A DNA stretch of 64,000 bases from Eubacteriales bacterium (GTDB taxonomy: Bacteria; Bacillota; Clostridia; Oscillospirales; CAG-272). The translations under genes and the position numbers were made by a program. The DNA lies in assembly GCA_045602385.1 (NCBI GenBank), contig JAZSBL010000040.1, forward strand, positions 5,454 to 69,453, written 5' to 3'. The notes beneath the pieces are model-generated. The model saw only the letters and a list, made by a program, of their open reading frames with translations, was not told the origin of the DNA and did no database searches. Within the stretch, counting starts at the first letter, position 1, and every line of letters starts with the position of its first letter. Below, piece by piece: positions 1 through 9,856 of the stretch.

Positions 1-201
1 TCGCACGCGATCAAGGTCGCGCTTGATATCGCCAAGGAGTGCCGTGAAACGGGCGAAGAAAAGACCATCGTATTCGGACTCACGGGTACGGGCTACTTTG
101 ATATGATGTCATATGAGAAATTCCATAACGGAGTGATGAAGGACTACCGTCCCACCGATGAGGAAATCCAAAAGGCCTTCGATAAGCTTCCCGTAGTGTA
201 A
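1..201 (+). CDS. 3' end of a TrpB-like PLP-dependent enzyme (partial, start lies outside the window)
   Basis: Frame 1 is open from the window edge to TAA at 199-201. The C-terminal peptide ...FGLTGTGYFDMMSYEKF... resembles the C-termini of tryptophan synthase beta-like proteins. A hairpin terminator follows. Confidence 0.45.
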   Translation, partial: SHAIKVALDIAKECRETGEEKTIVFGLTGTGYFDMMSYEKFHNGVMKDYRPTDEEIQKAFDKLPVV

Positions 202-230
202 ACCATTTATAAACATCTCTACAAAACACA

Positions 231-266
231 AAAAGCATCTCGCATTCAGCGAGATGCTTTTTCTTT
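231..266. terminator. Bidirectional rho-independent terminator between convergent genes
   Basis: Stem AAAAGCATCTCGC / GCGAGATGCTTTT with loop ATTCA, with an A-run on the left and a T-run on the right. Confidence 0.7.
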
Positions 267-682
267 TATGCCATCTGATTCAATACAGTGAAAACCACAG
301 AGATCAAAAGGAATCCGATTCCCACAAAAAGGAATGTAAACAAGGTGCTCTTGTCCTTATCCGCTCTTTTTTCTCTTTTCTTCACCTTATAATCATAGAA
401 GGTGTCGGAATTCATTTTCGCGCCGGGAATAAGCGTACCGCCAACGCGCGACATCGCGTACCCGAGCATATCAAAAAATCCATCCATGCTGACCCATATA
501 ATTCCTGCGGCAGACACGTAGACTGCGCCGGGAATACATGTTGCGTCAGCAAGTATACGGTATTTCTCCGCCATGGATTCCTGTGCAAAGAAATCACGCA
601 GCCACATAATCACAAGGAAGGCCACAATGCCGATACCTGCGACTATAAGGCATTTTACAAGCATTTTTTTGGTGTTGCTCAT
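266..682 (-). CDS. Small integral membrane protein (DUF3899-like), last gene of the opp operon
   Basis: 138-aa ORF with hydrophobic N- and C-terminal segments. Its start overlaps the oppF stop by 4 nt, which suggests translational coupling. The family assignment is from memory only. Confidence 0.55.
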   Translation of the reverse strand: MSNTKKMLVKCLIVAGIGIVAFLVIMWLRDFFAQESMAEKYRILADATCIPGAVYVSAAGIIWVSMDGFFDMLGYAMSRVGGTLIPGAKMNSDTFYDYKVKKREKRADKDKSTLFTFLFVGIGFLLISVVFTVLNQMA

Positions 683-1791
683 ACACCGAACTCCTCTTTG
701 TACTTCTGCTCCTCTTCATCGTTACAGTAAACGAAGTGACCGGGAAGCACCTCGCGGAGAGAGGGCTTTTCGGTAGAATAATCATGATCCTTAAGAGCAT
801 TATATGTTATTCTGCGACGCTTCTTCTCGCTGTGCGGGTCAGGCTGAGGAATAGCCGAAAGAAGAGAACGTGTATAGGGGTGCATAGGATGCGCGAAAAG
901 CTCATCCGAGCTTGCAAGCTCAACGAGGTTACCGAAGTACATAACACCGATTCTGTCGGAGAAGTACTTTACGACCGAGAGGTCGTGCGCGATGAAGAGG
1001 ATAGTAAGACCAAGTGTCTCACGAAGCTCGTTGAGAAGGTTGATAACCTGTGCCTGAACCGAAACGTCGAGAGCCGAGATAGGCTCGTCTGCAATGATCA
1101 TATCAGGACGCATGATAACAGAGCGCGCGATACCGATTCTCTGTCTCTGTCCGCCGGAGAACTCGTGTGGGTAACGGCCGGCATGCTCGCGTACAAGTCC
1201 GACAAGCTCAAGGATCTCGTATACCTTTTCCTCGATATACGCCTTATCCTTCACACCGTTTACAACAAGACCCTCGGAGATGATCTCCTTAACGGTCATA
1301 CGGGGGTTAAGCGAAGCAATAGGATCCTGGAAGATCATCTGGATCTTCGTTACAAGCTCCTTGTCACAGTGCTTGTGATCATGGATAGCGCTTGCCATTT
1401 CCTTCTTCTGCTCGTTTATAAACTCATGGATTTCTTCAGTTTTCTGTTGCAGTCTTTCCGCAGCCTCGGGAGTTCCCTCAGCCTTGCATTCTGCCTGAAG
1501 CTCTTTAAGCTCCTTGCGCGCGTTTTTGATAGCATCCTTGTAGGATCTTGTTCCGGCGGCAATTCTCTGTCCCTTGAAATAAATATTACCGGAGGTAATA
1601 TCATAAAGGCGTATAATGGAGCGTCCGGTGGTTGTCTTACCGCATCCCGACTCACCGACAAGGCCGAATACCTCGCCCTTCTTGATGTCGAAGCTTACGT
1701 TGTTGACCGCCTTAAGCTCGCCCTTTCCCATCTTGAAGAATTGGCAAAGATTTTCTACGCGAAGAAGAACTTCATCATGCTTCTCACTCAT
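679..1791 (-). CDS. oppF: Oligopeptide/dipeptide ABC transporter ATP-binding protein, OppF-like, with a roughly 50-aa charged insertion before the Q-loop
   Basis: Walker A GESGCGKTT, Q-loop IFQDPIASLNP, signature FSGGQRQR, Walker B IIADEP and an Opp C-terminal domain (HPYT). ATG at 1791 is preceded by GGAGGTG, and the longer ORF to 1806 contains that RBS. Confidence 0.9.
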   Translation of the reverse strand: MSEKHDEVLLRVENLCQFFKMGKGELKAVNNVSFDIKKGEVFGLVGESGCGKTTTGRSIIRLYDITSGNIYFKGQRIAAGTRSYKDAIKNARKELKELQAECKAEGTPEAAERLQQKTEEIHEFINEQKKEMASAIHDHKHCDKELVTKIQMIFQDPIASLNPRMTVKEIISEGLVVNGVKDKAYIEEKVYEILELVGLVREHAGRYPHEFSGGQRQRIGIARSVIMRPDMIIADEPISALDVSVQAQVINLLNELRETLGLTILFIAHDLSVVKYFSDRIGVMYFGNLVELASSDELFAHPMHPYTRSLLSAIPQPDPHSEKKRRRITYNALKDHDYSTEKPSLREVLPGHFVYCNDEEEQKYKEEFGV

Positions 1792-3946
1792 TCTTGCCAC
1801 CTCCATTCTTTGTCATACGCTCTATTCTGTCCGTAATAATACGGGGAGGCTCCACCTTGGGCGCATTAGGATGCAAGAGCCATGTAGCCGCCCAGTGAGT
1901 ATCATTTACAGGGAACTCAGGGGGCTGCTGCTCAAAGTCTATCTTAAGCGCGTACTTGTTACGTGCCGCGAAAGCATCTCCTACGGGAGGATAGATCATG
2001 TTGGGGGGAGTTCCGGGAATAGCCTCAAGCTTTTCCTCTGTATCAAGGTCGGGCATAGAGGAAAGAAGCGCCCAGGTGTAAGGATGACGGGGATCGTAGA
2101 AGACGTCGTCAGCCGTACCGTACTCAACTATCTTACCTGCGTACATTACCGCGATCTTGTCGGAAATATTAGCAACGACACCAAGGTCGTGTGTAATAAA
2201 GATTACAGAGAGATTTCTCTCCTTTTTGAGATTGTTGATAAGCTCAAGGATCTGCGCCTGAATAGTAACGTCAAGAGCAGTCGTGGGCTCATCACAAATG
2301 AGAATATCGGGGTTAGCGGAAAGAGCGATAGCGATAACTATTCTCTGTCTCATACCGCCGGAGAACTCAAAGGGATACTGGTTATAACGGATTCTTGCCT
2401 CCGGAATACCAACCTCCTCCATGAGCTTAATTGCCTTTTCCTTAGCCATTCTCTTAGTAAGCTTGTAAACTACAAGAGAAGCCTTTTCCTTAAGGTAATC
2501 GATAAGGGAGATCGCCTTTGCCTGCATATCAACGCTGCCGGCGTTCTCGATGTCCTTTTCATATCTTACCTGAATATTGTTGATTATCTTAACGATATTT
2601 TCAGCAAGCTCGTCTATATCGTAGATAGTTGCGGGAACGACCTTCCAGTCCACAGTCTTGCCTCTTGCGATAAGAGCTTCTCTCTTCTTGCTCTGCTTTT
2701 CAAATCTTGCCGCCTCGCGGGGATTATTTGCAATAGCAAAGAAATACTTGTCAATCGCATTATCAAGAGCAGTGCCGAACGTATATGTCAAGCTGTCCTT
2801 AACGGTATCAAGGCGATCTATGCAGTTCTTTACAAGCTCGGAGATAGCCTTTGCACGGGCCTTTGCTCCCTGCTTGTCAAATCCACCTGCCGCAAAGTAT
2901 TCCTTAACCTCGGGAAGAGCCTCAAGAACCTTCTTTTTAGCCTCAATGGACTTTACAAATGAGTGCTCGATACCTCTTGTCTCAAAGAGGATAAACTCAC
3001 GCATAAAGTTCTCGTCAAGATATTTGAGCGTCATCTCGTTAAGCTCAGCGATAGGCATATCGGTGAGATTTGCCTCAGGATTCTTCATAGCGTAGAATCC
3101 TATGCGGAAGAAGTCGGGACGTTCAAGTGATATAAGGCCGGACAAGAACTCCTTGAGGCTATTAAGAGCCGTAACAAGGCCCTCAAGATCAAGATCCTTC
3201 TTTCTGCGAGCCTGAGCCTTATATTCAGACACGATCTGAACAAATTCGTCCACCGTCTCGTCGCATCCTGCGGTCAAGAACATATTCTTGACCTCGGGGA
3301 GAGACTTAACGATCATACCAAGCTTGTCAACAAGGTTGACCTTCTGCTTTTTCTCAATAAGGAACGCGAGATCCTCGATGTCCGCAACAAGCTCCTCTGC
3401 CTTGTTGTACGCCTCGTTGTACGCAGTTTCGTACTTAAGGCCAACGATATTAAACTTGTCAAAGGTCGTGATCATCTCGGCGATAGACTTTTCAGACTCT
3501 GCGCCCTCGACCTCAACGAGGTTCTGCTTAAGAACCGCAAGCATATCGTTGAATTCCCTTCTGGAAACTCTACGTGTAGCCTTGTTCTTAAGGAGCATAG
3601 CCTCTGTGATCTGTCTACCTATCTTGACGATAGGGTTAAGCGAGGAAAGGGGATCCTGGAAGATCATCGCGATCTTATCGCCTCTGATCTTGTGCATCTC
3701 CTCCTCGTCTATCTTCAGCAGGTCCTTACCGTCGAAGAGGATCTCTCCGCCCTCAACGATAGAGTTTCCTGCCAAAATACCAAGGATTGCCTTGGAGGTA
3801 ACCGATTTTCCGGAGCCCGACTCACCAACGATAGCAAGCGTCTCACCTCTCTCAAGGTCAAAGGAAATATCGCGAACCGCCTTCAGCGTACCCGTCTGGG
3901 TGCGGAAGGATATCTTCAGATTATTAACTTCAAGTATTTTATCCAT
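1784..3946 (-). CDS. oppD: Oligopeptide ABC transporter ATP-binding protein, OppD-like, 720 aa with a roughly 380-aa insertion in the helical subdomain
   Basis: Walker A GESGSGKS, IFQDPLSSLNP, then about 380 mostly helical-looking residues, then FSGGMRQR, Walker B ICDEPTTALD and HPYT. GGAGG RBS. Confidence 0.9.
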   Translation of the reverse strand: MDKILEVNNLKISFRTQTGTLKAVRDISFDLERGETLAIVGESGSGKSVTSKAILGILAGNSIVEGGEILFDGKDLLKIDEEEMHKIRGDKIAMIFQDPLSSLNPIVKIGRQITEAMLLKNKATRRVSRREFNDMLAVLKQNLVEVEGAESEKSIAEMITTFDKFNIVGLKYETAYNEAYNKAEELVADIEDLAFLIEKKQKVNLVDKLGMIVKSLPEVKNMFLTAGCDETVDEFVQIVSEYKAQARRKKDLDLEGLVTALNSLKEFLSGLISLERPDFFRIGFYAMKNPEANLTDMPIAELNEMTLKYLDENFMREFILFETRGIEHSFVKSIEAKKKVLEALPEVKEYFAAGGFDKQGAKARAKAISELVKNCIDRLDTVKDSLTYTFGTALDNAIDKYFFAIANNPREAARFEKQSKKREALIARGKTVDWKVVPATIYDIDELAENIVKIINNIQVRYEKDIENAGSVDMQAKAISLIDYLKEKASLVVYKLTKRMAKEKAIKLMEEVGIPEARIRYNQYPFEFSGGMRQRIVIAIALSANPDILICDEPTTALDVTIQAQILELINNLKKERNLSVIFITHDLGVVANISDKIAVMYAGKIVEYGTADDVFYDPRHPYTWALLSSMPDLDTEEKLEAIPGTPPNMIYPPVGDAFAARNKYALKIDFEQQPPEFPVNDTHWAATWLLHPNAPKVEPPRIITDRIERMTKNGGGKNE

Positions 3947-3949
3947 TGA

Positions 3950-5596
3950 TTAATCCTCCACTCCGCGCAACGACGGGTTGAACGCATCACGAAGACCGTT
4001 ACCGAACAGGTTGAAGCTTATCATAAGCAACGAGAGGAAGAGCGCGGGGAAAAGCATAACGTGAGGCTTTTCCGTCCAGATTCCCTCTGCCTGAGCAAGA
4101 ACGGTACCGAGTGATGTGCTTGTTTTCGAGTTAAGGTTAACGATACCAAGGTAGGTAAGCATAGACTCAGAGAAGATAACTCCGGGAATTGCAAGTACCG
4201 AGGACGTTATGATAGTACCCAATGTATTGGGGAAAATATGCTTCCAGATAATACGTCTGTCTGTTGCGCCAAGCGTTCTTGCCGCCATAACGTATTCCTG
4301 ATTCTTAAATCTGTAGAACTGTGTTCTTACAAGACCGGCAGTACCAATCCAGCCCGTCAGCACGAATGCAAACAGTAAGCTTGGTATAGGACCGGCTTTT
4401 GCGGCCAGGTGTATCTGGAACAAGGTCGAAACGACGATAAACGGAACACCCGACAAAATATATACGATGAATTCCATTATAAGGTCGGCTGCTCCGCCGT
4501 AGTATCCTTCAATAGAGCCGTAGCCTGCACCGATAATAAAGTTGATTGTAAAGATAGAAATTGCGAAGAGCAAGCTGAGTCTGAGACCCATTGCGATACG
4601 CTGTGCAAGGTCGTATCCGGAAACGTCGGTTCCGAAGATAAACTCAGGCTCAGGACCTGCATCCTCCAAACCTTCGCTGTGGAGATAACGGTAGTAGTTG
4701 TAGTAAAGAACTCTTACCTCAAGCTCGGCAGTTTCCGCGCTGGATCCGCCTCCCTTATATCTTCTGTACTGAAGGTCTCCCTTATTGTACTCGCCGATAG
4801 CATCAGATCCATCGTATTTATAGCGGAGATAGTTGTCCTCAAGTACGATTTCGTCAACAGTATCGTATTTGATCTTTACCGACTTTCCACTCTTGTTAGT
4901 ACGAAGAGGGTTACCCTTTGCGTCAGCCTTGTACCACCAGTTTGCGTCTGTTTCCGCAAGCTTGTTGGTCTTTGTATCAATAAGAGGGTAGAGGAGCTGA
5001 ACGCCGGTAGCTTCCTGCCACTCGACCATCTTCTTATACTCATCCTGAGATACCTGCTTGTAGATAAATCCTACCGCAACGTACTCGTCAATAGAAGCGT
5101 AATATATATTGTTGACGTCCTTACCCTGCTGGATCTGCTCCACCCTGTCAAACTTTGTGATAGGCTGGAGGGGATTGTCCATTTCAACGACCTGCTTCAT
5201 GTTCAATGTGTTGTCACTTCCAAAGCCCTCCGTAGCGGCAAGTCCCTTTGCAAGCTCATTGATATACTGACGCTCGTTAAAGTCTTTAGCCACGTCACCG
5301 GTTGCGATGCCAAACTGTGACAAGAAAAGGCTTCTGGGGGTCTTCTTTGCATAGTAGGTATCGAACTCTGTACCTGTACCGGTATCAAAGAAAGGCATAA
5401 CCACCGCGAAAATAACGATCAAAAGAATAATGAACGCCGCAACGATAGACGCCTTGTTCTTACGGAAGCGGTTCCAAGCGTCTCTGAAATAGCCTATCGG
5501 CTTGTCGTCAAATTTCTGGTCCTTAATACGATCTCCAACGTTGGCAAGAACCAGCTTTTCCTGTGGGATCGAATCAATATTAATATTTTTTGCCAT
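3950..5596 (-). CDS. oppC: Oligopeptide ABC transporter permease, OppC-like, with a large extracytoplasmic loop after TM1
   Basis: The C-terminal about 270 aa is a typical BPD-transporter permease core (…ARTLGATDRRIIWKHIFPN…). The N-terminus has one TM followed by a roughly 250-aa hydrophilic region. ATG at 5596 follows GGGAGAG. Confidence 0.85.
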   Translation of the reverse strand: MAKNINIDSIPQEKLVLANVGDRIKDQKFDDKPIGYFRDAWNRFRKNKASIVAAFIILLIVIFAVVMPFFDTGTGTEFDTYYAKKTPRSLFLSQFGIATGDVAKDFNERQYINELAKGLAATEGFGSDNTLNMKQVVEMDNPLQPITKFDRVEQIQQGKDVNNIYYASIDEYVAVGFIYKQVSQDEYKKMVEWQEATGVQLLYPLIDTKTNKLAETDANWWYKADAKGNPLRTNKSGKSVKIKYDTVDEIVLEDNYLRYKYDGSDAIGEYNKGDLQYRRYKGGGSSAETAELEVRVLYYNYYRYLHSEGLEDAGPEPEFIFGTDVSGYDLAQRIAMGLRLSLLFAISIFTINFIIGAGYGSIEGYYGGAADLIMEFIVYILSGVPFIVVSTLFQIHLAAKAGPIPSLLFAFVLTGWIGTAGLVRTQFYRFKNQEYVMAARTLGATDRRIIWKHIFPNTLGTIITSSVLAIPGVIFSESMLTYLGIVNLNSKTSTSLGTVLAQAEGIWTEKPHVMLFPALFLSLLMISFNLFGNGLRDAFNPSLRGVED

Positions 5597-5597
5597 A

Positions 5598-6563
5598 TTA
5601 TCTCTCTCCCATTCTGATTCTCGGATCAATGAATCCGTAGCTTATGTCAACGATAATACCCGAGGCCAGGCCTATCAAGGTATAGAAAATAGAGTCCATC
5701 ATAAATACGTCGTAGTCGCGGGTAAAGATAGACTGGGTGTAGAGCGCGCCTACACCGGGGATCGCGAAGATCTGCTCAATAATAAGCGAACCGCCGAGAA
5801 TTCCGACGAAGCTTCCAAGGATTGAGGGAAGGATCGGAACCATCGCGTTCTTAAGAGCATGGCGCGTAGTAGCCTGCGCGCGTGTCAAGCCCTTGGTACG
5901 AGCGAGGAGCATGTAGTCCGATGTCAATGTCTCGGTAAGCTCTGCTCTTGTGAAACGGCAAAGTCCCGCTATCTGACCAAAGGAGAGCGCAAGTATCGGG
6001 GGGATCATACTGTAGAACATGGTCCAGCTAAACCAGCTGCCGCCCGCGTCGTTAAGTGACGAAATCGTAGCCGGGAACCAGTCAAGCTTAAAGTACAGGA
6101 AATACTGTACCAAGAACGCGTAAACGTAGCTGGGCACCGATACGAACAGAATAACGAGAACGCTTATAAGATGGTCCTGCCACTTGTTCTTCTTGATAGC
6201 AGCGTAAATACCGAGCGCGATTCCGAGCGGAACAGCAAAAAGAAGAGAGTAGAGGTTTACAAGCACAGTAGGAAGAAGTCTGCCCGAGAGGAGGTCCCAT
6301 GCGGGAGTAGTCTTCTTTATTACCCAAGAGGTACCGAAGTCAAACTCGGTAAATATTCCCTTAAGATATATACCGTACTGGACAAGCATAGGCTCGTCGT
6401 ATCCGCGCGCCTCCCATATGTCCTCTATCTGCTGCTTCTGTGCCGCCGTAGCGCCCTCAGGGGGAGACATAGGCAACGCTCTGATGAGTACGAAGCATAT
6501 CGTAGTGATACAGAATACCGCCACAAGCATCAGCAATATTCTTTTAAATACGTATTTTACCAT
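5598..6563 (-). CDS. oppB: Oligopeptide ABC transporter permease, OppB-like
   Basis: 321 aa with six hydrophobic segments and a DppB/OppB-type EAA region (LARTKGLTRAQATTRHALKNA). Confidence 0.9.
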   Translation of the reverse strand: MVKYVFKRILLMLVAVFCITTICFVLIRALPMSPPEGATAAQKQQIEDIWEARGYDEPMLVQYGIYLKGIFTEFDFGTSWVIKKTTPAWDLLSGRLLPTVLVNLYSLLFAVPLGIALGIYAAIKKNKWQDHLISVLVILFVSVPSYVYAFLVQYFLYFKLDWFPATISSLNDAGGSWFSWTMFYSMIPPILALSFGQIAGLCRFTRAELTETLTSDYMLLARTKGLTRAQATTRHALKNAMVPILPSILGSFVGILGGSLIIEQIFAIPGVGALYTQSIFTRDYDVFMMDSIFYTLIGLASGIIVDISYGFIDPRIRMGER

Positions 6564-6761
6564 TTTTACATGCCTTTCAAATGCTTTTTAAGGGATTGCC
6601 CAAAGGACAACCTAACCTTGGAAAAATCATGCCAAAACAAAGGCCGCAAAAGCCGTACTCTTGCTCCGCTTTGGCACAATTTTCCCAAGGTTAAGATAAT
6701 ATATTTTCTTGTGTTAGCGGGAATATAGTCATTAGATAACCTTCCCTTAAACACCAATTGT

Positions 6762-6792
6762 CGGGTAACGGGGGAAAATCCCCCATTACCCG
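6762..6792 (-). terminator. Strong intra-operon hairpin downstream of oppA (attenuator or partial terminator)
   Basis: 13-bp stem CGGGTAATGGGGG / CCCCCGTTACCCG (minus-strand reading) lying 40 nt after the oppA stop, inside a 268-nt oppA-oppB spacer. Confidence 0.6.
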
Positions 6793-6831
6793 CAATTATT
6801 TGCAGAAATATCTAAATCTAAGATCTAAATA

Positions 6832-9357
6832 TTACTTGTAGTTGAGTGTTCCACCCTGGCTTGCAACGTATGCTGCCCACTCTGCATCATTGTAGTTGTA
6901 ATCCATGATACGGAAGCCGCCGAAGCCGTACATAATGTTGTAGCTGTCGGTGTAGTTCTCGATCTTGTAGGATGCAAGCGAGCAAGATGTTGTGATCGCG
7001 AGAGGAATTCTGTAGTACTTAGCAAGGAACTTCTCCTCCATTGCCGCGGTAATAGCAAGCTTGACCTCGTTGGAAGCCTCAGCGTACTTACCTGTACCGA
7101 TCATGGAGTTACCCCATTCCTGCCATGTCATAGTAACAGCTTCACCCTCAATTGTGAGTGTGAGTGTCTCAGACTTAGGATCCCAGCAACCAGCCTCGTT
7201 GATATCGTACTGATCGGGATCTGTGTAAACCTGCATGTTTCTGAAGGGATAGAACGCAGCTCCACCCCATGCACCGTAACCGATTGCGTAGGAACCTGCA
7301 GCTGTATCGCCGTAACGGTCGTTAATGTTTCCGAGAGGCTCGAGAGTAACTGTGCCGAAGCCGCTGCCTGCAACTGCTGCGTTGAGGTACTGCTGAATGA
7401 GGTCGCACTGCTTGGTGTCGTCCTCTGTAAGAGCACCCTTAGCCCAACCGATCTGGATCTTGATCTCTGCGCCCTCTGTGTAGAGACCTGCTGCTACGAG
7501 CTCCTGGCAAGCCTTTGCCATGAGAGCCTTAGCCTCGGTAAGGTTGTAACCTGTGATGGAATCGTGTGCCTCTTCGAGAGTCTGGTAGATCTCGCCTTCG
7601 CCGTACTTAACGCCGTAGAGGTTAACGATAGCCTGCATAGCCTCCTCGCTCTTTCTGTAAGAGGAAGAAGGATCATTGTAAATATCGTAGTGATAGAGGT
7701 GGTTCATAAGGGAGAACGCAGGAGTCCATGCCTGTGTTGCTGTTACGAAGTCTGCTCTATCGATTGCGAGAGACATAGCCTGACGGAATGTCGTGTTGGA
7801 AAGAACAACAGAGTTTGCATTCTTACCGGATGCATCAAGTGCCTTGAGGTTATCTACGTTGGTGTGGAAGAAGAAGGACATTGTGTATGTCTCGTCAACT
7901 ACCTGGAGTCTGTCAGAAAGCTTATACTCGTTCATTTCTGTTGCTGTGGGAGAGTAATCCATAAGCTCACCCTTAAGGAACTTCTGCTTAGCAACGTCCT
8001 GAGTCATAACGTCGATAACGACCTTTGTTGTGATGTACTGCTGGAGGTACTGACCGTCAACGGTGAACTGAGTGTAGGAAACGAGGTTGCCGTTAGCATC
8101 CTTTTCCCAACCGTACCAGTTTTCGTTTCTTACGTAAACTACCTGCTTGCCGTCCTCAAAGTTTTCCATCTTGTAAGGACCGTAGGAGATAGATGTATCC
8201 TTGCTGGTCATGTAGTCGGTGATGAGCATGCCGCCCTCTTCCTTCATACCCTTCTCGTAGAGACCCTGGTGAACAAGCCATGTGTCTGTGCAGGATGTCA
8301 TGAAGTAGTTGAAGTCGATCTTTGTGTCGCAAACGTAGATGAAGCTGTAGTCGCCTGTCTTAATAAGACCAACGCCGTCAAATGTAGCGCCAACGTTCTC
8401 GTTAGTTACGTAGATACCGGCGTAAGCTTCGTATCCGCCGCCTACCTCGAGGTATGCGCCGTAGTCCGCAAGAAGGCTTGCGCCGGAGAAAGCATCGCCA
8501 ACAGACTCGCCGTAAACGGTCTCATCCTTAACGGATACCCACTGAGGACATTCGTTGCCCTCTGCATCGGTGTAACCCTTTGCGCCCCAGAAGTCCCAAA
8601 CGTTGATGTAAACGTCCTCAGCAGCGATAGCTGCCTCAAGAGACTCGTACTTAGTTGTGTAAGCGTTGTAGAAGCCCTCATCGAGAGAGTAGTAGTAGTC
8701 GAAACCACCTGCGATTGCAGACTCACCGGAGATGTAGAGGTTTGCTCTGTAGTTCTTCATCTTGGGGTTGAGGAGCTGCTGCATGGAGTAAACGTAGGAA
8801 TCAGCATTGATGGGTGTGCCGTCCTGCCACTTAGCGTTGGGGTTAAGAGTGAACTCAAATACGTAACCGCCTGTAACTTCCTCAGCGGTCTTACCCTCGG
8901 GAAGGGTTACGTTGTACTTTGTAAGGAGGTCCTGTCTCAAAACAGTAACGTCCTTAATTGCGGTTGCCATTTCGCCAACCCACTGGTAAAGGCCTTCCTC
9001 TGTATCGAGAGCTTCGATAGTTACGAAGCCTACAGAGAGGTAACCAAGGATGGACTGCTCAGCATTGGTTTCCCATGCATGGGGGTTCCAGTTGGAACCG
9101 AGAGCTGTGGTCCAAGTGTTGTAAGTGTAGTCGCCAATCTTAGCTGCGGGAAGAACTGCGTCAGCGGGACGTACGGGAGCTATAAACTCACCCTCGAGTG
9201 TAGGCTGAACGACTTCTTCCTGGGGAGCGGGAGTAGTTGTCTCCGCACCGGGATTGGTCTGAGGCTGTTCCTCTTCCTCTGTCTTAGAGCATGCAGCCAA
9301 TGCAACGGCAGACATGATCATAACGAGAGCAAGAAGGAGTGCAATCAGTCTTTTCAT
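6832..9357 (-). CDS. oppA: Peptide ABC transporter substrate-binding lipoprotein, OppA-like, enlarged (841 aa)
   Basis: Signal peptide with lipobox LAAC-S and a Thr/Pro/Glu linker. SBP family-5-like sequence (…WQDGTPINADSYVYS…). GGAGG RBS. Confidence 0.85.
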   Translation of the reverse strand: MKRLIALLLALVMIMSAVALAACSKTEEEEQPQTNPGAETTTPAPQEEVVQPTLEGEFIAPVRPADAVLPAAKIGDYTYNTWTTALGSNWNPHAWETNAEQSILGYLSVGFVTIEALDTEEGLYQWVGEMATAIKDVTVLRQDLLTKYNVTLPEGKTAEEVTGGYVFEFTLNPNAKWQDGTPINADSYVYSMQQLLNPKMKNYRANLYISGESAIAGGFDYYYSLDEGFYNAYTTKYESLEAAIAAEDVYINVWDFWGAKGYTDAEGNECPQWVSVKDETVYGESVGDAFSGASLLADYGAYLEVGGGYEAYAGIYVTNENVGATFDGVGLIKTGDYSFIYVCDTKIDFNYFMTSCTDTWLVHQGLYEKGMKEEGGMLITDYMTSKDTSISYGPYKMENFEDGKQVVYVRNENWYGWEKDANGNLVSYTQFTVDGQYLQQYITTKVVIDVMTQDVAKQKFLKGELMDYSPTATEMNEYKLSDRLQVVDETYTMSFFFHTNVDNLKALDASGKNANSVVLSNTTFRQAMSLAIDRADFVTATQAWTPAFSLMNHLYHYDIYNDPSSSYRKSEEAMQAIVNLYGVKYGEGEIYQTLEEAHDSITGYNLTEAKALMAKACQELVAAGLYTEGAEIKIQIGWAKGALTEDDTKQCDLIQQYLNAAVAGSGFGTVTLEPLGNINDRYGDTAAGSYAIGYGAWGGAAFYPFRNMQVYTDPDQYDINEAGCWDPKSETLTLTIEGEAVTMTWQEWGNSMIGTGKYAEASNEVKLAITAAMEEKFLAKYYRIPLAITTSCSLASYKIENYTDSYNIMYGFGGFRIMDYNYNDAEWAAYVASQGGTLNYK

Positions 9358-9504
9358 AATGAAAATCCTCCAATAATTTTTGCCCTGTTTTTCGGGCTTT
9401 TATAATATAGAACTGAAAAAAACATTGTTAAACGCCGCTCGGCGCCTTTCCCATCATAGGCGCTCCGCATGCGTAAATCGAACATTTCCCAATCTATTGT
9501 TTTC

Positions 9505-9533
9505 ATTATATCATATCAGCAATACTTTTGCAA
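9505..9533 (-). promoter_or_regulatory. Sigma-A promoter for the opp operon
   Basis: The minus strand reads TTGCAA-17 nt-TATAAT, about 145 nt upstream of the oppA ATG. Confidence 0.6.
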
Positions 9534-9856
9534 CATTTTTGTTTTGGAATTAAATCTAAAAAACTTCGCTTTTTTTGCTCATCTTTGTGCATTATCAACA
9601 AAAATGCCCGTTTCTCGGCAAATTGTAAACTTTTTGTTTCTGAAATAATATTAAAAATTTTGCAACCGGTCTTGTATCAAATTGCATTTCGCGCAATAAT
9701 CATTGCGGAATTTTGGCTGTAAGTGAATAAAAATGCAGTTCTTATTCACTCGGGTTTCATTTTTGAAAAAACGTCATTTTCACGCCCCGTGTTCACAAAT
9801 TTGTTGCAATTGTGTGCTATTCTTATCTCATAACAAAACCAAGGAGGGCATATATC

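Noticed and set aside
736-9405. Long plus-strand ORFs across the opp operon (736-1836, 1616-2962, 3288-3953, 4409-5320, 7564-9405)
   Set aside because: These are antisense shadows of strongly motif-supported minus-strand genes. They have Leu/Ser/Arg-rich composition with no motifs and no RBS.
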